Source: Desulfobacterales bacterium | Lineage (GTDB): Bacteria > Desulfobacterota > Desulfobacteria > Desulfobacterales > UBA5852 | Assembly: GCA_963674755.2 (NCBI GenBank) | Contig: CAXXVS010000001.1 | Location: 128,001 to 192,000 of the forward strand | DNA: 64,000 nucleotides | Direction: 5' to 3' | Shown: piece after piece, positions 11,699 through 21,880 of the stretch | Numbering within the stretch: the first letter of the stretch is position 1 | How the letters are laid out: each line of letters opens with the position of its first letter | The notes under the pieces: generated by a model | What the model was told of the DNA's origin: nothing | Seen by the model: the letters and a program-made list of their open reading frames with translations, nothing else | Database searches by the model: none | Made by a program: the position numbers and the translations under genes

Positions 11699-13801
11699 AT
11701 GGGAAAGACCTATCGCCAAGGTACGACGCTAGCCTCTGAAACCGAAGCAGCCCCCGATCATGGCCATGGAATTTCAGAACCATCCGTTGAACCTCTAAAT
11801 TCTGAGGACGTCCATCAATCGCGGCTGAAGATGGACTACTTGATTAACAAGATCAACTATATCAACTTCCAGAACGGAACGCTTCAGGTTGTCATGGCGC
11901 ATCGTCGTTTTGAGCGCACGTTGACGGCCAAAGCGCGTCCACTGCCTTGCTGCGACGCCCATTTGAGATGTGAATGGCTGGAACCCGAGAAGATCGCGCC
12001 TTTGGTCGCGAACTATCGGTTTACGTCTTTCTTTGTCGATGACGGCGCCACAGCCATCAGGGTCGAGGCCCTTGCCATCAAGATGGATGCCGATGGGCTC
12101 GAGGTTGAACTGCCGGAACTATGCTGGGAGATCACAAACCGACGCGAGGCAAGGATCAATTGTGAGAGCGTACCCGTCCAGGTTATCCAACACAGTATGC
12201 TTTTCCGGGGCACCCTGTTGGAGTTTAGCACAGGGTCCTTTCTCGTCGAGCTCGATATCAATCCACCCCAGACATTTCAGTGCCTCGATCACAAACAGCC
12301 GCTAAACTTAATTATCTATGATGGCAGCGATCTCATCTATTCCGGCGACTTCCGAATATTGAAGCATGACAACGGCCGAGGGCGGCGGCGGTTCGTTTTG
12401 GAGCCCCAAGTCCAGTCGATTCATCGCTATATTCCCAAAACCTACCGCAGCAAACGGCTGAAGTTAAAGCCCACGCCGAACATTGTTTTTCAACACCCCC
12501 TTACCCGCCAAACCGTAAATCTCAAAGTTCAAGATCTATCCGGTTCCGGGATTTCGGTGGTGGAAGGGGTGGGCAATTCGCTGCTGCTCCCAGGCATGAT
12601 GCTGCCGGATATCGAGTTGATTTTCGCCGACAGCTTGACCATTCGCTTTAAGGCACAGGTGCTCTATCGCAACATGTCAGGCAGCGATGAAGACGCCGGC
12701 GATATCACCAATGGGCTGGCGATTATCGACATGGACAGCAACGAGCACCTGAAACTGCTGTCGCTTTTACACCAGGCGGACAATAAGAATTCCTACATCA
12801 ACACGCGCGTTGAGATGGATGCCCTTTGGGACTTCTTTTTCGAAACCGGTTTCATCTATCCCAAAAAGTACGCCTATATTCAAGCCAACAAAGAGAAGAT
12901 AAAAGAGACCTACTGGAAGCTCTACACACAAAACCCAACCATCGCGCGGCATTTCATCTATCAGGCCAAAGGCCGTATTATGGCGCACATGGCCATGGTA
13001 CGGCTATATGAAAATGCCTGGCTGATTCATCACCATGCCGCCCGTAAACGTTCCATGGTCCGTGCGGGACTGACCGTGTTGAATCAGATCGGCTGCTTTA
13101 CCTATGACTCGCATCGTCTTTACTCAATGCACATGAAGTACTTGATGTGCTATTTCCGGCCGGAGAATCATTTCCCCAACAGCGTGTTCGGTGGTTTCAA
13201 CCGCTATGCAAAGGATCAGCAAGGCTGTTCGATTGATGAATTTGCCTACTGTCACTTTCCGAAAGATTCGGATGTTTTTGAAGTTTTGCCGCCTGAATGG
13301 GAACTTTCAGAGTGTCACTCCGCGGATCTTCAAGAGCTGTGCCATTGGTATGATCACTCTGCCGGTGGGCTCATGCTTGATTGCCTCGATCTTGACCCGC
13401 AATCCTTTGATTCCCGCGATTTGATAAACGAATATCAACGACATGGATTTGAGAAAGAGCGTGTCGTTCTTGCGATACGGCGCAACAATCAGTTATGTGC
13501 CTGTCTCGTTATTAACCGTTCCAATATTGGATTAAATCTTTCGGACTTAACAAATTGTGTTAAAGTCCTTATCGTTGACAGATCCCATATAAACAGGTCG
13601 ATATTAGAGAATGCCTTACGGCGCATTTTCCGAGACTATAAGCTAAAAGCAGATATGCCGGTTCTGATTTATCCTGTGAAAGTGGCTGAAGAGCTGGGAA
13701 TACCCTTCGAGAAAAAATACTGCTTGTGGATATTAAATACACGTTATTCAGATAAGTATTTCAAGTTTATTGACCGGATGTTTCGTCTTGCTGCAAATTA
13801 G
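11699..13801 (+). CDS. Large protein with two PilZ-like domains and an uncharacterised (possibly GNAT-like) C-terminal half
   Basis: RREAR...EFSTGS and RSKR...DLSGSG resemble PilZ RxxxR / DxSxxG; start uncertain (ORF open from 11570). Confidence 0.7.
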   Translation: MGKTYRQGTTLASETEAAPDHGHGISEPSVEPLNSEDVHQSRLKMDYLINKINYINFQNGTLQVVMAHRRFERTLTAKARPLPCCDAHLRCEWLEPEKIAPLVANYRFTSFFVDDGATAIRVEALAIKMDADGLEVELPELCWEITNRREARINCESVPVQVIQHSMLFRGTLLEFSTGSFLVELDINPPQTFQCLDHKQPLNLIIYDGSDLIYSGDFRILKHDNGRGRRRFVLEPQVQSIHRYIPKTYRSKRLKLKPTPNIVFQHPLTRQTVNLKVQDLSGSGISVVEGVGNSLLLPGMMLPDIELIFADSLTIRFKAQVLYRNMSGSDEDAGDITNGLAIIDMDSNEHLKLLSLLHQADNKNSYINTRVEMDALWDFFFETGFIYPKKYAYIQANKEKIKETYWKLYTQNPTIARHFIYQAKGRIMAHMAMVRLYENAWLIHHHAARKRSMVRAGLTVLNQIGCFTYDSHRLYSMHMKYLMCYFRPENHFPNSVFGGFNRYAKDQQGCSIDEFAYCHFPKDSDVFEVLPPEWELSECHSADLQELCHWYDHSAGGLMLDCLDLDPQSFDSRDLINEYQRHGFEKERVVLAIRRNNQLCACLVINRSNIGLNLSDLTNCVKVLIVDRSHINRSILENALRRIFRDYKLKADMPVLIYPVKVAEELGIPFEKKYCLWILNTRYSDKYFKFIDRMFRLAAN

Positions 13802-13956
13802 GTATTATTGCGACTATCGTGAAACATAGTCGATAGCTCTTTTTGCATGACACTGTTCCTATAAAGCGTAAATATATGCTTAACCCATTCCTACATGGCA
13901 TTTCTGCACACTCGTTAGACGCAGCCATAGATGCTGCCGATGCAAAGGTGGCTGAA

Positions 13957-15930
13957 ATGAATGAACCGGACCCACAGGGGGGGGATGACTCCGTTTCCAG
14001 GAACAGGGATAATGTACCGCTATATAACAGCCGGATCATCGACAACTATGTCAAGCTGATAAAGAAGCATTATCGGCATATCGACATTGGTGACGTGCTT
14101 AAACACGCCGGGATTACGTCTTACGAAATTGCCGATCAGGGCCACTGGTTTACACAAAATCAAATTAATTTATTCCATCACCGCCTCTCCCAACTAACGG
14201 GCAATGAAGGCATCGCCAGAGAAGCCGGCCGTTTTGCCGCCTCACCAAATTCCCTGGGTATTGTAAGGCAGTATGTTTTAGGGATGCTTGATCCTTCCCG
14301 GGCCTACGCAATCATTGGAAAGATGGCCGCCAACATCACCCGTTCGAGCCGCTTCGAATCTAAGAAAGTATCCTCAAACAAGGTCGAAATAAGAGTTCAT
14401 GTCAATGAAGGCGTTTGTGAAAGGCCTTTTCAGTGCGAGAACCGAATGGGGTTCTTCGAATCCGTTACCTTGGCCTTCAGCAACCGTCTCCCCTCCATCG
14501 AGCATCCCGAGTGTATTTTTCGTGGTGATGACTGCTGCCGATATATCATTTCGTGGGAAAAATCACCTTCCGGAATGATTAAGCGTGTGCGGAATATCCT
14601 TTTGCTTGTATTGTCATCGGTTTTTTTGTTGGGTGTGATGGCCAATATCCATGCTGCCATTGCCATCGTTTTGCCGTTGTCCCTTTTTGGTTTATTCGGC
14701 CTTAGCCTTTTTGCAGAATTTCTAGAGAAAAACGAACTCAAGACAACCTTGAGTAATTTGCGTAATTCAAGCGAAAACTTGATCGATCAGATCAACATGA
14801 ATTATAATAACAGTTTACTGACCAATGAAATTGGTCTAGCGATTACGCAAAAGACCAGCGTTGCTGAAATTCTGGGCGAGGTCATTGGGATTTTTAAAAA
14901 ACGCTTGGACTATGATCGCGGTATCATACTTCTGGCCAACGAAAATCGTTCTGTTTTGGAATACAGCGCAGGCTATGGTTATTCCGAAAACCTGCTGCGA
15001 ATGGCTCGAAAAATCAATTTCCGGCTTGATAATCCAGATTCCACAGGGGTTTTCGTGGTATCGTTCAGGGAGAAAAAGCCTTTTCTTATTAACAATGTCG
15101 ACGAGATCGAAGGGCAGATGTCCCCGCGAAGCCGAGAGTTTGTACGACTGACCGGGGCGGAAGCGTTTATTTGTTGTCCCATCATGAGCGATGGGCAGCC
15201 GATCGGTATTCTTGCCGTCGACAATGTGAAAAGCAAGCGGCCCCTCGTCCAAAGTGATATGAGCATGCTGATGGGGATAGCGTCGATTTTAGGGGTTAGC
15301 ATTAGGAATGCAGACCTCATTAAAAGCAAAGTCGGACAGTTCAACTCTATCTTGCGCGTACTGGCAGCCACAATTGATGCTCGGGATCCACTAACCGCGG
15401 GCCATTCTGAAAAAGTAACCGAGTATGCGATAGGGATCTGTGAAGAGATGGGACTGCCGGGCGATTACCGCGAGATGATCCGTGTGGCTGCTCTTTTGCA
15501 CGACTATGGGAAAATCGGCGTTCCCGACGCCATTCTAAAAAAGCCCGGGAAGTTGACCACGGAAGAATTCGAGATCGTTAAAACGCATGCCCAACGAACC
15601 AAAGAAATTTTGGAGCAGGTCAATTTTGAGGGGATTTTTGAACAGGTTCCCAAAATAGCTGGTGCCCACCATGAGAAAATCGACGGTTCGGGCTACCCCC
15701 TTGGGTTAAAAAATCAGGAGATACCGATGGGGGCCCGGATAATTGCCGTGGCCGATTTTTTTGAAGCCATTACCAGCCGACGCCATTACCGTAACCCCAT
15801 GTTTATCGAAAAGGCGCTGTTAATCCTTCGCAAAAATAGTGGCATCCAATTCGATAAGCAAGTTGTTTCCGCCTTTATCGCCTATTATCGCAAAAAACAT
15901 TCCTGCGACGTTATATCCCTGGCCTCCTAA
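13957..15930 (+). CDS. Membrane HD-GYP cyclic-dinucleotide phosphodiesterase with N-terminal V4R-like sensor, 2 TM helices and GAF domain
   Basis: HDYGKIG and HHEKIDGSGYP; GAF-like ICCPI..GILAVDN; QCENRMG..IEHPEC..GDDCCRYIISW; start uncertain. Confidence 0.88.
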   Translation: MNEPDPQGGDDSVSRNRDNVPLYNSRIIDNYVKLIKKHYRHIDIGDVLKHAGITSYEIADQGHWFTQNQINLFHHRLSQLTGNEGIAREAGRFAASPNSLGIVRQYVLGMLDPSRAYAIIGKMAANITRSSRFESKKVSSNKVEIRVHVNEGVCERPFQCENRMGFFESVTLAFSNRLPSIEHPECIFRGDDCCRYIISWEKSPSGMIKRVRNILLLVLSSVFLLGVMANIHAAIAIVLPLSLFGLFGLSLFAEFLEKNELKTTLSNLRNSSENLIDQINMNYNNSLLTNEIGLAITQKTSVAEILGEVIGIFKKRLDYDRGIILLANENRSVLEYSAGYGYSENLLRMARKINFRLDNPDSTGVFVVSFREKKPFLINNVDEIEGQMSPRSREFVRLTGAEAFICCPIMSDGQPIGILAVDNVKSKRPLVQSDMSMLMGIASILGVSIRNADLIKSKVGQFNSILRVLAATIDARDPLTAGHSEKVTEYAIGICEEMGLPGDYREMIRVAALLHDYGKIGVPDAILKKPGKLTTEEFEIVKTHAQRTKEILEQVNFEGIFEQVPKIAGAHHEKIDGSGYPLGLKNQEIPMGARIIAVADFFEAITSRRHYRNPMFIEKALLILRKNSGIQFDKQVVSAFIAYYRKKHSCDVISLAS

Positions 15931-16075
15931 AGAAAACCACTTCCGCATTGCTGACCGTTTGCTGGGTAGCCCTCAACTCTATCACGAGTAACGGCAAAAT
16001 CGGCTGATAGTGACACGAAACGATGCTATGTCGATCGGACGGATTGCGGCAGTCCCCGGGCGGGCGCGCCTGTCA

Positions 16076-17452
16076 CTATCCTTTGGGCGGCTTACGGTTG
16101 GCGGGTTCTTTCCCGAAGCGCTGGAAATGCTCTGATTTGAGAAAAGCTTTGCGGTAGGACGCGTTGATGCGGTACGCCATGATTGTCGCAATGAGATCAC
16201 GTGTGGTCCAGAGTGTATTGAGTGTCCGTTTGATGGTTTGGCGCGGGCTGTAGAAGATTTTACGCAGGGTTGTAAATTCCCGATAAACGTCCTGGCGGGA
16301 CATGTTGTGTGGCTCGAAGACCAAGCGTGAGAGACGATAGTCTTTCCAGGCCCTGGGAAAGTCGGTATCAATAATGCGACCGTCCTTCATCAAAGCGTTC
16401 CACAGATGGGTGCCCGGCAAGGGGGTCGGCTTGGTGGTCTGGATGATATCGATTCCAGTGGACTGAATGAATTGTGAGGTCGCTTTGAAGATAGCGGGGT
16501 TGCTATTGTCACCACCCAGGACGAAGGCCGCCAGGATGGCGATGCCGGCTCGGCGAATATTGCGAACGAGCTCGGTGTACCGGTGGTGTTCAAGATGCTT
16601 TAAGTTGATGTTCTTTTTATAATCCCGAAGACTTTGGGGGTCCACGGATTCCATGCCGATCAAGGCGACTTTGATGCCGGCCTGCGCGGCGAGTTTCAAT
16701 AATTCAGGATCTTCGCCAAGCTGCAGGGATGACTGGACGAAGAAGTACCGATTCAGTTTGAGATCGATAACCTTTCGAAAAAACGCTTTGGCCCATGCGA
16801 TATCTTTGGGGCCGTGGCCGATGATATTGTCGTCGGCAATCAAGATTTTTTTCTGGGGGATTTCCTGCAATTCTTGGATTACGGCATCCAGGTTCCGCCG
16901 TCGAAATCGTCGCCCATTGAAAGCGGTTACGGAGCAGAATGTGCAATCCATCGGACAGCCACGCGATGTCTGGATGCTTCCCCAACTATAAAAAGAATTC
17001 TTGAGAATATCCCTGCGAGGCAAGGGGAGCGCGGACAAATCCTGCCATTCCCCTTCATAGCGTCGCTGCATCTTCCCGGCTTCCAAATCCTGGAGCAGCC
17101 GTGGCCATACGGTTTCCGCCTCGCCAACGACGACGGCAGTGCAAAATTTAAGCGCCTCTTCAGGCATCATGGATACATGAATGCCCCCCATGATGGTTGG
17201 GATGCCACGGGATCGGTAGTGTTGCGCAATCTGGTAGGCGCGAAATACCGAAGACGTCATGGCGGTGATCCCGACGACGTCGGCATCCTGGTGCACAAAG
17301 GGTTCGATGTTTTCGTCAATAACCTGGATGTCGTAATGGGGCGGGGTCACGGCGGCAATATACGGAAGGTTGAGGGGCGGCCAAGTGGTTGCCCTAATAT
17401 TGCCCAGAACCGTATGGTCGATCGCGGGGTTGATCAGCAGAAGTTTTGGCAT
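16076..17452 (-). CDS. B12-binding domain radical SAM enzyme
   Basis: N-terminal PPLNLPYIAA...GGIHVS..PEE, GEAE; SRGCPMDCTFC; PLPGT. Confidence 0.93.
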   Translation of the reverse strand: MPKLLLINPAIDHTVLGNIRATTWPPLNLPYIAAVTPPHYDIQVIDENIEPFVHQDADVVGITAMTSSVFRAYQIAQHYRSRGIPTIMGGIHVSMMPEEALKFCTAVVVGEAETVWPRLLQDLEAGKMQRRYEGEWQDLSALPLPRRDILKNSFYSWGSIQTSRGCPMDCTFCSVTAFNGRRFRRRNLDAVIQELQEIPQKKILIADDNIIGHGPKDIAWAKAFFRKVIDLKLNRYFFVQSSLQLGEDPELLKLAAQAGIKVALIGMESVDPQSLRDYKKNINLKHLEHHRYTELVRNIRRAGIAILAAFVLGGDNSNPAIFKATSQFIQSTGIDIIQTTKPTPLPGTHLWNALMKDGRIIDTDFPRAWKDYRLSRLVFEPHNMSRQDVYREFTTLRKIFYSPRQTIKRTLNTLWTTRDLIATIMAYRINASYRKAFLKSEHFQRFGKEPANRKPPKG

Positions 17453-17579
17453 TTTAAATCAAATCGCACGGCATTTAAAAAATCCACCCGAGCTTAGTGT
17501 GATACCAGCGATACGGGCTTGGCATCGTTAATGGTTTTGGCGCATGCCGAGGGTGTCTTACGGCGGAAGCACATTGTTG

Positions 17580-18725
17580 TCAGACTTCTATTTCAAGGGC
17601 ATGTGGCGCATCAAAGATCGGCGCCAGGCTTGACTCAGGGATGCCCAAACCAGGCCCCTGAAAGAGGGGTTTGCGCTTCATGCCCTGCAATCGTTCGTGG
17701 TCTTGATTCAAGTCGATAAACAATAAAGAAGAATACCCCTCATAATGATTGAAAGCGGAATGACTGGAGGCCGCATACAAGCCGGCAGCATCCAGGATGG
17801 GGCCTTCACCGACATGCGTTCCGAGCTGGCATTTCAAACCGTTTTGCTGGGCGAGATCGGCGATGGCCATCAGTTTAAGGAGGCCGCCGCACTTTGAAAG
17901 CTTCAGATTGAAGCCGTCACAGGCCTGGGACATGGCCATTTTTTGGGCATCCTCCAGCGAGCAAATCGATTCATCCAGTATGATATCGATATCGATCATC
18001 TCCCGAAGCTCGCGTAGTCGTTCGGGTGTGGCCCCACGAATGGGTTCCTCAATGGATAGGATATCGAAAGAGGCCATCTGTTCAATGTGCTTTAAGGCCT
18101 CCTGAAACGACCACTTGCCGTTGGCTTCGATCCGGATAGGTATCTGGGGGCCGATCATGGAACGAATAAAGGCGACACGCTGGACGTTCTCCTGAAGGTC
18201 GTTTTTCATCAGGATTTTGACGGCATCCATCGAAATGAAATGTTGCAGATAGACGAACAGTTTCTCGATTTGATGGGTTGGCAAGAAGGGAACCGATATG
18301 GATCGGGGGACGTCGCGCGTAGGATGCCGGCCGGTTACTTCGGCGATATGAACCTGGCGATGTTTACCCAAGGCGTCCAGCAGCGCCAGATCGATGGCCG
18401 CCAAAGCGGACAAAAAGGCCCCGCCTGCTTCGGATAGGCATCTTTTCTCGATTGTCTCCAGAATCGTGACCAGATCGTCAAAGGATTCCAAATCGGCCTC
18501 AAACAGCACCGGGGAGGCAATTTCCTGAATAACTTTCGTTACGGTCCGGCAGTTCTCCCCCGTTACGTATGCCCTGGGCGCGCATTCGCCATAAGCCTGG
18601 CACCCGTTCTCGAAAGTCAATTCCAGAAATAAGGATTCAGCAGCGATACGGTGGGTTTGGGGTGAATGAAAGCCCACCTTGAAAGGCTGTCGGTATTCGG
18701 TGAGCTGAAGTTTTAATAGTTTCAT
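17580..18725 (-). CDS. Enolase superfamily (MLE/dipeptide-epimerase-like) protein, atypical active site
   Basis: GECAPR.YVTGE, AAIDLALLD, EAN..W, IEEP, LDES, NLKLSKCGG. Confidence 0.85.
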   Translation of the reverse strand: MKLLKLQLTEYRQPFKVGFHSPQTHRIAAESLFLELTFENGCQAYGECAPRAYVTGENCRTVTKVIQEIASPVLFEADLESFDDLVTILETIEKRCLSEAGGAFLSALAAIDLALLDALGKHRQVHIAEVTGRHPTRDVPRSISVPFLPTHQIEKLFVYLQHFISMDAVKILMKNDLQENVQRVAFIRSMIGPQIPIRIEANGKWSFQEALKHIEQMASFDILSIEEPIRGATPERLRELREMIDIDIILDESICSLEDAQKMAMSQACDGFNLKLSKCGGLLKLMAIADLAQQNGLKCQLGTHVGEGPILDAAGLYAASSHSAFNHYEGYSSLLFIDLNQDHERLQGMKRKPLFQGPGLGIPESSLAPIFDAPHALEIEV

Positions 18726-18740
18726 CGATGCGGCTGCTTT

Positions 18741-19172
18741 TCAGGATGGGGGTTGCTGATTCAGCGCCTCTCGCTCGTTCGAAAGTTCCGTCAGCAACTG
18801 GCGGAGCGTCCAGCGCTCCGAAGTGGGGGTCAGGGTCGCCCACAAAGGGCTTGGCAGGCCGGCTTCCCGGTAACCAGCGATCAGCCGGTGAAGTTCGTTT
18901 TCGGTGATTCCCGCCATGATAATGGCTGCCGGCATACGGGAAGGTTCACCACGTCCGGTATTCGCCGGCCGGGCCATCAGATTGCCCAGGGATTCCTCCA
19001 AGTCGATGCTTGCCGCATAGATCGCGGGCAGGTCGGCGATGGTGCTGGCAGTGATGACTTTGTCTATAGCGCTCTGGCCTTCAGAGGTAAATCCGCAAAC
19101 CAGCAGGTTGCGTGGTCCGTACAACGGACGCGAACTGCGGGTCACGCGACTGAATTGGGCGTTGTCGTTCAT
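18741..19172 (-). CDS. DUF3783-like protein
   Basis: LWATLTPTSERWTLRQLLTELSNERE C-terminal motif. Confidence 0.7.
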   Translation of the reverse strand: MNDNAQFSRVTRSSRPLYGPRNLLVCGFTSEGQSAIDKVITASTIADLPAIYAASIDLEESLGNLMARPANTGRGEPSRMPAAIIMAGITENELHRLIAGYREAGLPSPLWATLTPTSERWTLRQLLTELSNEREALNQQPPS

Positions 19173-19275
19173 TTGGCCTTTTCCCCTGGGGATTGAGCCG
19201 GGTTAAGGGCGTTGAGATGCCAACCGTTTCGATGACTGCGGCGCATTATGCCATAAAGTATGCCCTTTCACAATG

Positions 19276-19851
19276 CTATCCGTTGGTTCGGGGGAGCACC
19301 ATGGGAGCGGCCACCTCGGCCGCCTTGGCCTCCCCCATCAGAAGGGTCACCAAGGTGAGGGCAAACTCGATCGCGGTGCCCGGGCCCTGGCTGGTAACGC
19401 ACTTGCCGCCTACGACCACTCGCGCCTGATCTGCCTGGCCGTCTGTCAGCTGTCCCCGGAAAGCCGGATGGCTGGTGGCCTGGCAGCCGCCAAGCAGGCC
19501 GTGGTGGGAGAGCACAACGGCCGGCGCGGCGCATATGGCGCCATACCAGCGGTCGGCGGCCCGATGGCGGCGCAGCAGATCCGTCAGGGGGCGCGAATCC
19601 CGCAGATGCTCGGCACCGGGCATCCCGCCGGGCAGTACAATCAAGTCGAAATCAATCTTCTGGCAATCCGTGATTTGGCAGTCCGCGACGATGTTGACAC
19701 CGCGCGAGGCGGTTATCTGACGACCGCCAACTGAAGCGACCGTAACGTCGGCGCCGGCCCGGCGCAGGACATCGATGATGCAGACGGCTTCGATTTCCTC
19801 GGTGCCGTCGGCAATGGGGACGAGAACCTTGGGGGGTGTGGCAGGGGGCAT
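19276..19851 (-). CDS. DJ-1/YajL/ThiJ family protein
   Basis: GTEEIEA, LPGGMPGA, AICAAP, TSQGPGTA. Confidence 0.93.
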   Translation of the reverse strand: MPPATPPKVLVPIADGTEEIEAVCIIDVLRRAGADVTVASVGGRQITASRGVNIVADCQITDCQKIDFDLIVLPGGMPGAEHLRDSRPLTDLLRRHRAADRWYGAICAAPAVVLSHHGLLGGCQATSHPAFRGQLTDGQADQARVVVGGKCVTSQGPGTAIEFALTLVTLLMGEAKAAEVAAPMVLPRTNG

Positions 19852-19882
19852 GGCTGGTCAACCTTTCTGCCGGCAGGGGATT

Positions 19883-20644
19883 TCAGGGCAGCGCCTGCCA
19901 GGCGGTTTTTGCTATGGCGAGATTGTCACCCGTTTCCCGGCGGCGGATCACATGCCGAAAGATTGGTTGGGGGCTGTTCGAGGGTTGGCTGGCCGCAAGG
20001 ATGTCTTCGGCATGGAAGGCCTCGCCGGTGAAGTTGATATCCAGGGCCGCCAGGCGGCCAGTGTTCCGTACCTGGGCGGGGACGGTCTCCAGGGCCCATT
20101 CCACATAGCGGACATTGTTCACATGCCCGTTACGATCGAGATCCCGGTCGCCGACCCGAAAAGCCTGCTCGTGCGTGATCCCTGCGGGGGCCTCGAGCTT
20201 GGCCGGTAAGGTGGCCAGCGCGCGCGGGCGGTCCGGCACGGGCAACGGTTCGGGCAAGGCCGTCAATCGTTGGGGACGCCAGCGTTGCAAATCCATCACC
20301 ACCCAACTCGTAACGCAGCGGCCCACCTCCCCGCCGTCTTTTTCGAAAAGAAGAAAATCGCGCTGGCTGATCAGGCGCTCCTGGTGTGAAGGCCAGGTCT
20401 GGACGGTCATGCGATCCTGCCATGCCAGGTCGCGGAGGAGTTCGAGCCGCATGCGCACCAAAACCCAGGTAAGGTTCAGGGGGCGCAGCTGGTCGATGGA
20501 AACCCCCAGGGCCTGGGCGTGGCACCCGGCCGCGTCCTGCAAAAAATTACAGATGGCGGCTACCGAAAGGCGCCCGCGGGCATCCACGTCATAGGATCTG
20601 ACCGGGTAGACATCCTGCCAGAGTGGGGAGCGCGGGTTTTCCAT
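19883..20644 (-). CDS. Acyl-ACP thioesterase (double hotdog)
   Basis: VRSYDVD...QDAA..HA; DLDRNGHVNNVRYVEW. Confidence 0.9.
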   Translation of the reverse strand: MENPRSPLWQDVYPVRSYDVDARGRLSVAAICNFLQDAAGCHAQALGVSIDQLRPLNLTWVLVRMRLELLRDLAWQDRMTVQTWPSHQERLISQRDFLLFEKDGGEVGRCVTSWVVMDLQRWRPQRLTALPEPLPVPDRPRALATLPAKLEAPAGITHEQAFRVGDRDLDRNGHVNNVRYVEWALETVPAQVRNTGRLAALDINFTGEAFHAEDILAASQPSNSPQPIFRHVIRRRETGDNLAIAKTAWQALP

Positions 20645-20647
20645 GGG

Positions 20648-21322
20648 TCACCCACCCGGCAGATACGGGCTGAGATCCTTGACATAGTGGGAGATCACTT
20701 TGAATCCTTCCTTCTCAAGGCGTGCGGCGGCGTTTTCCCCGGCACTGGCCGGAACGCGGATTACCAGATAATAGACCCCGGGATGATTCTGCTCCGGCCA
20801 GGTGAACAAACTGCGGATGTTGATGCCATCCTCCCGCAGGGCCCTGGAGATGTCGGAAATAACCCCGATGCGGTCCTTGACCAGCACGGTCAAACGGGCG
20901 CTGTCCTTGTCGATCCCGATGGCTTCCAAAAGAATTTTGATGACATCGCGGGACGTGATGATGCCTACCAGCGCTTTGCCATCGAGCACCGGCAGCGCGT
21001 TGATGCGGTGCTGGTTCATCAGCAGGGCCGCCCGTTCGATGGTGGTTCCGGGGGCGATGGCGATAGTTTTTTTGGTCATGATGGAAAAGACGGTCACCTG
21101 GTCCAGAAGATACATGAGTTCGTTTTTGCTGAGGGTGGTGGCGGACGAGGCCCAGCTCTTCTTCAAATCCCGGTCCGAGACGATGCCCAGCAGTTCCCCT
21201 TCGCCGTCTACCACGAGGAGGTGGTTGATCTGCTTTTGGTCCAGCAAGTCCTGGGCGGCGAGCAGGGTGGTTTCAGGGGGTACGGTAACCAGTTCGGTAC
21301 GCATGACGTTTCCGACGTACAT
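20648..21322 (-). CDS. CBS-pair plus ACT domain protein (AcuB-like)
   Basis: Two CBS repeats (GIVSDRD, GIITSRD) followed by ACT-like DRIGVISDIS. Confidence 0.88.
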   Translation of the reverse strand: MYVGNVMRTELVTVPPETTLLAAQDLLDQKQINHLLVVDGEGELLGIVSDRDLKKSWASSATTLSKNELMYLLDQVTVFSIMTKKTIAIAPGTTIERAALLMNQHRINALPVLDGKALVGIITSRDVIKILLEAIGIDKDSARLTVLVKDRIGVISDISRALREDGINIRSLFTWPEQNHPGVYYLVIRVPASAGENAAARLEKEGFKVISHYVKDLSPYLPGG

Positions 21323-21411
21323 GGCAAATCCTCCTGTAGGTGTTGGCGTAGATGTTTCGTCTCTTCCAGCGTGGAATTCTATGCAACCCTATGGGGGGTG
21401 TCAATTCAAAC

Positions 21412-21735
21412 TCACCGATCACGGGGCGGCAGAAGTCCGGTCAGGCCGGTGCCCAGCAAAATCAAGCTGCCGGTAAGCAGGAAGGCCTGCGCAAAGAGAC
21501 CGGCATTCCCCAGCCAGCCGATGACGAGCGGCACACATCCGCCCCCTAAAAGAAAAGCCATGGGAATGGTCATCGCCACTGCCATGCTGCGATATTCCGG
21601 TGGACTGAGGGCGGAAAGGGCGCTCAACCCGGCCGGGAAAAAGCATATCGCCAGAACCGGCTGGGCGAAGACGGCCCCCTTGAGCCAGGAGCCCTCCAGC
21701 AACCCAAGAGCCGCAGAAGCAGCTGGGGCAATGCT
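21412..21735 (-). pseudogene. Probable C-terminal remnant of an MFS transporter
   Basis: Only about 3 TM helices (CFFPAGLSALS...FLLGGGCVPLVIGWLG); no room upstream before the parM-like gene. Confidence 0.5.
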
Positions 21736-21880
21736 TTGTTAATCGGCAAATCGCTGTCGGACGGTGTGCGGCGGGAAGATGTCACCGCTCCTGCCAACGG
21801 CGGACCGCAGCCATGGCGGCCGGCCGCATTGCAAAGGTTTGCTTGCTTAGCGAAACCCAGGCCCCTTTGGATCAGGCTTG

